A stretch of 64,000 bases of DNA from Bacteroidota bacterium. GTDB lineage: Bacteria; Bacteroidota; Bacteroidia; Palsa-965. A program made the translations under genes and the position numbers. The notes below the pieces were generated by a model. That model did not search any database. It worked only from the letters and a program-made list of their open reading frames with translations, and had not been told where the DNA came from. The stretch is from contig JABDAO010000003.1 in assembly GCA_013289095.1 (NCBI GenBank), positions 1,690 to 65,689 on the forward strand, read 5' to 3'. Below, in pieces: positions 57,783 through 64,000 of the stretch (within the stretch, counting starts at the first letter, position 1; every line of letters begins with the position of its first letter).

Positions 57783-59360
57783 GTGAAAAAAATATTCGTT
57801 TACGCATTTCCTTTTTTGATGCTGTTGCTCATCACCACAGACAATCTGGTTGCACAGCAGACCAAACCCAAATCTCACCCGGGATTCGAACCCGAAGATG
57901 CCGAAGAACATTTCAGACACAACAATTTTTTAATGGCGCTGAAGGTGTACAAGGAGCTTTACCGGGGCGACAAAACAAACATCGATTACAACTACAAGAT
58001 TGCCCAGTGCTACCTCAATACCAATATCAACAAAAAGGAAGCTATTGCCTACCTCGAATTTGTCATCAAACAAGAAAAATATGACCCGGAAGCGCTCTTT
58101 GATCTGGGCCGGGCGTACCATTATGCCAACCGCTTTGATGATGCAATTAACACATTCAATAAATACAAAGCCAAAGCCAGCAGCAAGTCTGTTGAAAAAG
58201 TGGAAAGGGAAATTGAAATGTGCAACAATGGCAAGGAACTCGTCAAATTTCCGGTTAAGGTAAGTTTCGAAAATCTACGTGACTTGAATTCTGAATACCC
58301 TGATTATTATCCCTTCACCACGAGCAATGAATCGTTTCTGATTTTCACATCCCGTCGAAAAGGCAATACGGGTGCTGCTACCCCAGAAGTAGACGGATAC
58401 TACTCATCCGATATTTATATCGCTTCTGTCAAGAATGGAATATTTTCAAAACCCAAAAATGCAGGTACCGCGGTGAATGGTGCATTTGACGAACAATGCG
58501 TTGGGCTTGCTCCCGACGGATCCAGTATGATTGTTTATATCGACAATATAAGCGATGTCGGAAACTTATACCAGAGCAAACAGACGAAGGAGAATTTCAC
58601 AAAGCCTGTAAAATTGGCCGATGTTATTAACGAAGGTTTTGAAACTTCGGGCTCATTTTCGCCCGATGGAAGTATCTTCTTCTTTGCGAGCGACCGCCCC
58701 GGGGGAAAGGGACTTACCGATATCTACATGGTCAAAAAACTGCCTACGGGCGATTGGGCAGTGCCTCAGGCTATCACCGCCATCAATACCAAGTATCGCG
58801 AAGATTCACCCTTCATGGCTTCGGATGGAAAAACACTTTATTTCTCTTCCGAAGGACATAGCAGCATGGGGGGGTTCGATCTTTTCAAGACCGTTTACAG
58901 TGAAGAAACGGGCACCTGGTCTCCACCCAAAAACCTGGGCTATCCAATTAACGACAGTCAGGACAACCGTACCATTTCTTTTTCTAAGGACAACAAATTT
59001 GGTTATATTTCTTCCTGCCGCGAAGGCGGAATGGGCGATCTGGATATTTACCGTATTGCCTTCGATGAACTGAACCCTCGTTATACCGTGGTGATGGGTA
59101 AAATTCAATTCGCAGATAGTCTGAGCCATAAAAGCATGCATGCGCTCATCACACTCAAGGATGTAAAATCATCGAAACGGGTAGGCTCCTACACTCCTAT
59201 TCCAAATTCAGGAAATTATGTAATGGCCATCGCCCCTGGTAAATATACCATGACCATTGAAGCGCCTGGTTGCGCTCCCTACAACTATCCACTCACGATC
59301 TTAGACCTGGGATCCTGGCAACCTGAAATGAACTTGAACATTGTATTGAGTCCACAATAG
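57783..59360 (+). CDS. PorE-like paralogue 3 (TPR + PD40 propeller + CRD-like; no OmpA domain)
   Basis: Likely GTG start at 57783 giving (M)KKIFVYAFPFLMLLLITTDNLVAQ. Blocks YPDYYPFTTSNESFLIFTSRRK, REDSPFMASDGKTLYFSSEGHSSMGGFDLF, TWSPPKNLGYPINDSQDN. The protein ends right after the CRD-like domain. Confidence 0.7.
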   Translation: MKKIFVYAFPFLMLLLITTDNLVAQQTKPKSHPGFEPEDAEEHFRHNNFLMALKVYKELYRGDKTNIDYNYKIAQCYLNTNINKKEAIAYLEFVIKQEKYDPEALFDLGRAYHYANRFDDAINTFNKYKAKASSKSVEKVEREIEMCNNGKELVKFPVKVSFENLRDLNSEYPDYYPFTTSNESFLIFTSRRKGNTGAATPEVDGYYSSDIYIASVKNGIFSKPKNAGTAVNGAFDEQCVGLAPDGSSMIVYIDNISDVGNLYQSKQTKENFTKPVKLADVINEGFETSGSFSPDGSIFFFASDRPGGKGLTDIYMVKKLPTGDWAVPQAITAINTKYREDSPFMASDGKTLYFSSEGHSSMGGFDLFKTVYSEETGTWSPPKNLGYPINDSQDNRTISFSKDNKFGYISSCREGGMGDLDIYRIAFDELNPRYTVVMGKIQFADSLSHKSMHALITLKDVKSSKRVGSYTPIPNSGNYVMAIAPGKYTMTIEAPGCAPYNYPLTILDLGSWQPEMNLNIVLSPQ

Positions 59361-59445
59361 CATTAATAAGAATTGGGACCTTTGGCCATTTTTCTTCACC
59401 AGCGGCACGCCATCTCCTATTGACAGAACAAATACACACGACACT

Positions 59446-60255
59446 ATGAAACTTAATCTCACCCGCCCAATCGCTTTTTTTGACCTCGAAACAACCGGAG
59501 TCAATGTGGCAAGCGACCGGATCGTGGAAATTGCCATCGTTAAAATCATGCCCGATGGAACAAAGGAACTAAAAGAAAAACGGATCAACCCCACCATCCC
59601 CATCCCGCTTGAGTCATCCCTGGTACATGGTATCTACGATAAGGATATTTCCGATGCGCCTACCTTTAAAGCCATCGGAAAAAGCCTGGCCGATTTTCTG
59701 AAAGACTGCGACCTGGGCGGTTACAACTCAAACAAATTCGACATTCCGGTGCTGATGGAAGAGTTCCTCCGTGCCGAGATCGACTTCAGCCTCGAAGGAC
59801 GAAACTGTGTGGACGTACAAAACATTTTTCATCAGATGGAGCAACGTACACTCAAGGCAGCCTATAAATTTTATTGCGGAAAAGAACTGGTGAATGCACA
59901 TGCGGCATTGGCCGATATTGAAGCTACGTTTGAGGTATTTCTGTCTCAGATCGAACGTTACAAAGACACCGAATTTACCGACAAGAAAGGCAATACATCA
60001 AAACCCGTTGTGAATGACATGAAAGCTCTGAGCGATTTCAGCGGTGTCACTAAGAATGTGGATCTGGCCGGAAGGATTATTTACAACGATAAAGGCGTTG
60101 AAGTATTCAATTTCGGAAAGCATACAGGCAAACCGGTAGTCGATGTATTGAAGCAAGAGCCCTCGTATTATGCCTGGATGCAGAACGGCGATTTTCCGCT
60201 CTATACAAAGAAGGTCCTGACCCGTATCAAACTCCGCAACCTCTCTACCAAATAA
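59446..60255 (+). CDS. DEDDh 3'-5' exonuclease (DnaQ/epsilon-like) domain protein
   Basis: 269 aa. ExoI FFDLETTG, ExoII GYNSNKFDIPVL, ExoIII HAALADIEAT. About 90 extra C-terminal residues. Confidence 0.85.
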   Translation: MKLNLTRPIAFFDLETTGVNVASDRIVEIAIVKIMPDGTKELKEKRINPTIPIPLESSLVHGIYDKDISDAPTFKAIGKSLADFLKDCDLGGYNSNKFDIPVLMEEFLRAEIDFSLEGRNCVDVQNIFHQMEQRTLKAAYKFYCGKELVNAHAALADIEATFEVFLSQIERYKDTEFTDKKGNTSKPVVNDMKALSDFSGVTKNVDLAGRIIYNDKGVEVFNFGKHTGKPVVDVLKQEPSYYAWMQNGDFPLYTKKVLTRIKLRNLSTK

Positions 60256-60303
60256 AACGCGCTCGATTCCGTTTGATTCCCGGGAGCATAATCTATATCT
60301 GCG

Positions 60304-60912
60304 ATGAAGATCATTTGTATTGGCCGTAACTATGCCGAACATGCAAAAGAATTGAAGAATGAGGTTCCCAAAGAACCGGTATTCTTTATGAAGCCCGACA
60401 CGGCACTCATCATCCGGAACCAGCCTTTCTTCCTGCCTGATTTCTCGACCGACATCCACCACGAAGTGGAACTGGTGATCAAGATAAACCGGGTCGGAAA
60501 AAACATCGAAGAACGTTTTGCACACAAGTATTACAGCGAGATCGGCATCGGCATTGATTTCACCGCCCGCGACCTGCAAACCAAATGCAAAGAGAAAGGC
60601 CTGCCCTGGGAGAAGGCAAAAGCATTCGACGGTTCCGCTCCGCTCGGCGGCTTTCTTCAAAAAGAATCATTGCCCAAAACAGGCATCCTTTTTCATCTCG
60701 AGATAAACGGCAAGACGGTACAAACCGGAAACAGTAAGGATTTGATTTTTTCGTTTGATAAAATCATTGCCTACGTGTCCCAATTTATCACACTCAAAAA
60801 AGGTGACCTGATCTATACCGGCACTCCCGAAGGTGTGGGTCAGGTGCAAACAGACGACCGGTTAGAAGCATTTATTGGAGAAGAGAAATTACTTGCTTTT
60901 AATGTAAAATAA
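60304..60912 (+). CDS. Fumarylacetoacetate hydrolase (FAH) family protein
   Basis: 202 aa. KIICIGRNYAEHAKEL, HEVELVIKI and GDLIYTGTPEGVG. Confidence 0.88.
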   Translation: MKIICIGRNYAEHAKELKNEVPKEPVFFMKPDTALIIRNQPFFLPDFSTDIHHEVELVIKINRVGKNIEERFAHKYYSEIGIGIDFTARDLQTKCKEKGLPWEKAKAFDGSAPLGGFLQKESLPKTGILFHLEINGKTVQTGNSKDLIFSFDKIIAYVSQFITLKKGDLIYTGTPEGVGQVQTDDRLEAFIGEEKLLAFNVK

Positions 60913-61064
60913 CGGGTCAAAGTCATTTTCCGGGGAGTAACCCGTTTTAGACCCTTTCTTAGTCATTTTAAAGACCCGATGGCTCCCGGAATGAGCCTTC
61001 AAATGGGAAAAGGCTCTCCTCCATCTTCCCTAAAATCATTCAGAAAACAATTCCAGTATTAGGC

Positions 61065-61301
61065 TCAGTCGATGGGGCAAATCTCAAACTCAACCAGATC
61101 GGCCCAGTGCTTTGTCCATGCTTCGAAAAGGCACACATTTGTTGTTTCCATGAGCTGATAGCAAACGTTCCGCTCTTTGTTGACCCAGGAATTCAGGTAG
61201 AAAAGACCTTCGGGCAGAAACCGTCCGGAGGAATTAAATCGTTCATACACTTTATCAAAACAGCCTGCCTTGTAGCGTTCGGTGACCATGTATTTTCTCA
61301 T
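61065..61301 (-). CDS. Small DUF3303-like protein
   Basis: Start taken at the ATG at 61301 (MRKYMVTERYKAGCFDKVYERFNSSGRFLPEGLFYLNSWV). It resembles the DUF3303 consensus as I remember it. Confidence 0.55.
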   Translation of the reverse strand: MRKYMVTERYKAGCFDKVYERFNSSGRFLPEGLFYLNSWVNKERNVCYQLMETTNVCLFEAWTKHWADLVEFEICPID

Positions 61302-61350
61302 ATCCTCTTTTCTATACATCTGTGGTGAACAAACAAAGGCTGCTTCCTGC

Positions 61351-63048
61351 TCACTCTTTCACCACCTTTCTCACCAGCACCGCCTCATCTGTCTTTACAC
61401 TGAGCATATAAATACCAGCTGGTATCGAAGCCAGATCAGAAAGGTTCCAGGTGTTATAGCTTTCAGCATTGAGCATGCGGCTCTCAGTCCGGATTAATTT
61501 GCCCTGCATATCAATCAGGTTGACACTAACCGTCTGTGCACTTTTCGACCAGAAAACAAAATCCATTGAATTGGTAAACGGGTTTGGATGCAGACCGCTG
61601 AGATAATCATTTTCGAGAGATGCGTTTTCACGTATTCCAAGAATGGAATTGGCTGCACAGAAATCAGGGATTCCATAACCAACAAACGAATCGGGTTGAG
61701 CAAACTTGCTGGCGCTCTTTTCGACGGCATGCAGAATTTCCATATTGGTCATCTGGGGGTTTGCCTGCCAGAGACAGGCAACCAGACCGCAGAGAATGGG
61801 GGATGCAAAGGAGGTGCCATTTTGATAGGTAATGCCATCGGTGTTCCAGTCGGCCACTACCGCTCCTTCACCGCAGGATGCCACATCGGGTTTGATATCC
61901 CCGCCTGATCCCGGCCCCTGGGAGCTGAATGAGGAATACACCCCGGAGGTATTCACAGAGCCTACCGCCAGGGCGCTGTCGGCGTCGGCAGGGGTACCGA
62001 TGTATTTCCATGCAGTGCCACCCATATTACCAGCCGCACACATCACAGCAATACCCTTGTTGGAGGCAAAATTTACAGCCCTGGCGCAAGGTGTGGTATG
62101 CCCGTTCATACTGGCATAGGTATTGTTTTCGAGCGAATCGTCGAAAACGGTATAGCCGAGCGAAGTATTGATAACATCGGCGCCTACGCTGTCAGAAAAC
62201 TCGGCCGCAGCCACCCAGTTGTATTCTTCCACCAGCTTCTCGGTAGCGGCATCTTCTGAACGCAGCAACCAGAAGGAAGCTTTGGGAGCAGTACCGATTA
62301 GCTGACCGGGCATGTTTCCTCCCATACAGGAAAGGACACAGGTACCGTGAAAATGACCGTAATAGATAGAATCTTTTTCATCCACAAAATTATAGCCACC
62401 GAGGATCTGGTGACCGGCCCAAAGACTGTCGAATACAGGTAAGGTGTCAATGCTCACAAAACCTGCATCCAGGATGGAGATGACCATGCCCTGGCCCTGA
62501 TATCCTTTGTTGTGCATGCAGACTCCGTTCAGCAGATTTATCTGGGCAAAGGAAGCTCCGTAATTAAGACTTTGCGTACCTGGTGAAGACGAGACCGTTT
62601 TATTTTGAACCGTGGCTGACGGCATCGGTTTGAATTTTTGGTTTCCACCCGTATTGGGAGCCTGTACCACCGCTCCTACCTCGGTTATCCCAACTACAAA
62701 AGGCAGGCTCAGGATGGCCGTAAGCTGGGCCGTGCTGGTAACTTTTACCGATACACCATTCAACCAACGGCTGCGCAGGTGTATATGTGCGCCTTTGGCA
62801 ACTACGCTATCAACATAAGCCGGATTCACGGGCAGATCGCTTTCTACAATCGGGATTGATTGGTTTAACCTGCGTTGTAGCGCTCTAGGGCCTAAATATG
62901 CTAAGGGATTTGTGGTGGTATAGGGCGAATTCTTTTTATCGGTAAACTGTACCCAATACTGGGTCGGTGGAACCGTTGTTGAAACTTGACTCTGCAGGGT
63001 ATGGACCGTTCCACCCAGGATATACAACAACAGGATGATCTTTTTCAT
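61351..63048 (-). CDS. S8-family subtilisin-like serine peptidase with a T9SS type A C-terminal sorting domain
   Basis: 565 aa. Catalytic triad blocks ISILDAGF, HGTCVLSCM and NGTSFASPILCG. C-terminal about 80 aa (LHPNPFTNSMDF ... GIYMLSVKTDEAVLVRKVVKE) is por_Secre_tail-like. Confidence 0.9.
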   Translation of the reverse strand: MKKIILLLYILGGTVHTLQSQVSTTVPPTQYWVQFTDKKNSPYTTTNPLAYLGPRALQRRLNQSIPIVESDLPVNPAYVDSVVAKGAHIHLRSRWLNGVSVKVTSTAQLTAILSLPFVVGITEVGAVVQAPNTGGNQKFKPMPSATVQNKTVSSSPGTQSLNYGASFAQINLLNGVCMHNKGYQGQGMVISILDAGFVSIDTLPVFDSLWAGHQILGGYNFVDEKDSIYYGHFHGTCVLSCMGGNMPGQLIGTAPKASFWLLRSEDAATEKLVEEYNWVAAAEFSDSVGADVINTSLGYTVFDDSLENNTYASMNGHTTPCARAVNFASNKGIAVMCAAGNMGGTAWKYIGTPADADSALAVGSVNTSGVYSSFSSQGPGSGGDIKPDVASCGEGAVVADWNTDGITYQNGTSFASPILCGLVACLWQANPQMTNMEILHAVEKSASKFAQPDSFVGYGIPDFCAANSILGIRENASLENDYLSGLHPNPFTNSMDFVFWSKSAQTVSVNLIDMQGKLIRTESRMLNAESYNTWNLSDLASIPAGIYMLSVKTDEAVLVRKVVKE

Positions 63049-63173
63049 AGCGGATGGTTTATGGCTCGTTTAAAAATAGCTGCCTGACGGATGAGGATGA
63101 AAATTAGGAAATTTACTTCATCCGGTAATTAGCCTGGCATTAGAAACAAATGAATGAAGATGCGTTCACCGGT

Positions 63174-63899
63174 CTATTGTTTGCCGTAGGAGTTTATGGT
63201 CATGAAGCAAGTCACCCCATGATTGATCCTGTTGAGCACCGAAACCCCAAAAACAATCCCGGTATCGCCTACGTCAATAACCTGACGGGAAACCAATCCG
63301 ATATTTTTTGCATACTGCTCTGAGTAATACTGGTAATTGAGCAGGTTTGTGTCTACGAGCTCGGTGACAGTGAGCGTTGAATCGAAACGCAAACCGTTTG
63401 CATTAAACTTGAAATCGATACCGTTATAAGCATACTCCCAATCGCCCAGGGTGTTTTGAGCATTGCCATTCCAGGTTTGTTGGGTCTGATCTGGGAATAT
63501 GAGCTTTACGAAACGGATGTTGTCCTCCACCCGTTCATAATCGTGCAAAGTACGTGTTGAATACCATACATTTTTCAGGACCCAGGGTACCGAATCGTAA
63601 GATACTCCCGGTCTGTAATTTCTTACCCACCGTTCAATGCGCAGGGAGGGTCTTCCTTCATTATCGGGGAATACCGACTGCAGGTATTCTTTTAGCTGAT
63701 ATTTATAATGAAGGGTGTCGCGGTTAAATGCGTTATAAATGGTCGAATCGACGTCGTAAATAACATAACGCCCGACATCCCCTGCACTGGGGGCATATCC
63801 ATAACCCAGGTCGAGATGCAGATTATTGTCTTTGTTACACGAACTCCACACTGCGGAAGCGAGCAAGAGCAAGAAAGAAAGCGTTCGAACCTGTTTCAT
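63174..63899 (-). CDS. Hypothetical lipoprotein
   Basis: 241 aa. Signal with lipobox AVWSSCNKD. No family was recognised. Confidence 0.55.
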   Translation of the reverse strand: MKQVRTLSFLLLLASAVWSSCNKDNNLHLDLGYGYAPSAGDVGRYVIYDVDSTIYNAFNRDTLHYKYQLKEYLQSVFPDNEGRPSLRIERWVRNYRPGVSYDSVPWVLKNVWYSTRTLHDYERVEDNIRFVKLIFPDQTQQTWNGNAQNTLGDWEYAYNGIDFKFNANGLRFDSTLTVTELVDTNLLNYQYYSEQYAKNIGLVSRQVIDVGDTGIVFGVSVLNRINHGVTCFMTINSYGKQ

Positions 63900-64000
63900 G
63901 TGCTAAAAAAAATGGTTGGCTAAACATAGCACTATTTTCGTAAACTCAAAATCACATTATAAATCCGCCCCCAACCAGGTCATTGCCTTCGTAAAAAACG

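Overview
This 64-kb window looks like a chromosomal segment of a Bacteroidota-type genome. It carries type IX secretion (T9SS) genes (PorP/SprF, a PorE-like OmpA protein, type A and type B C-terminal sorting domains) and TAnnTTTG-type promoter boxes. Most of it is housekeeping or metabolic: dnaK, panB, purL, recR, arfB, mtgA, an RluA-family synthase, a 2-oxo-acid dehydrogenase E2, M3/M16/S8 peptidases and several transporters. I did not recognise any rRNA, tRNA or CRISPR array.

The accessory or unusual content is:
1. At the left edge, a translationally coupled kleisin/KITE/SMC-like operon (MksFEB or Wadjet JetABC-like). It ends at a strong terminator with no JetD/MksG-type nuclease, and about 0.7 kb of ORF-free DNA follows.
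2. A 2.35-kb two-gene cassette, ABC-type ATPase plus TIGR02646-like HNH nuclease (Septu PtuAB-like). It is bracketed by 103-bp direct repeats (99/103 identical) that duplicate the 3' end of the upstream membrane-protein gene. No recombinase lies between them.
3. Four intergenic tandem arrays with strict 7- or 21-bp periodicity: 17 x 21 bp, 13 x GGGATTT, about 17 x 21 bp, and about 24 x 21 bp. Their function is unexplained.
4. A 187-bp MITE-like palindromic element with perfect 19-bp terminal inverted repeats.
5. Three tandem PorE-like paralogues with progressive loss of the OmpA domain.
6. A collagen-repeat protein with an S74 tail-fibre-type C-terminus.
7. A CX3CX2CX6C protein coupled to mtgA.

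All family assignments come from motif reading by eye. No searches were run.
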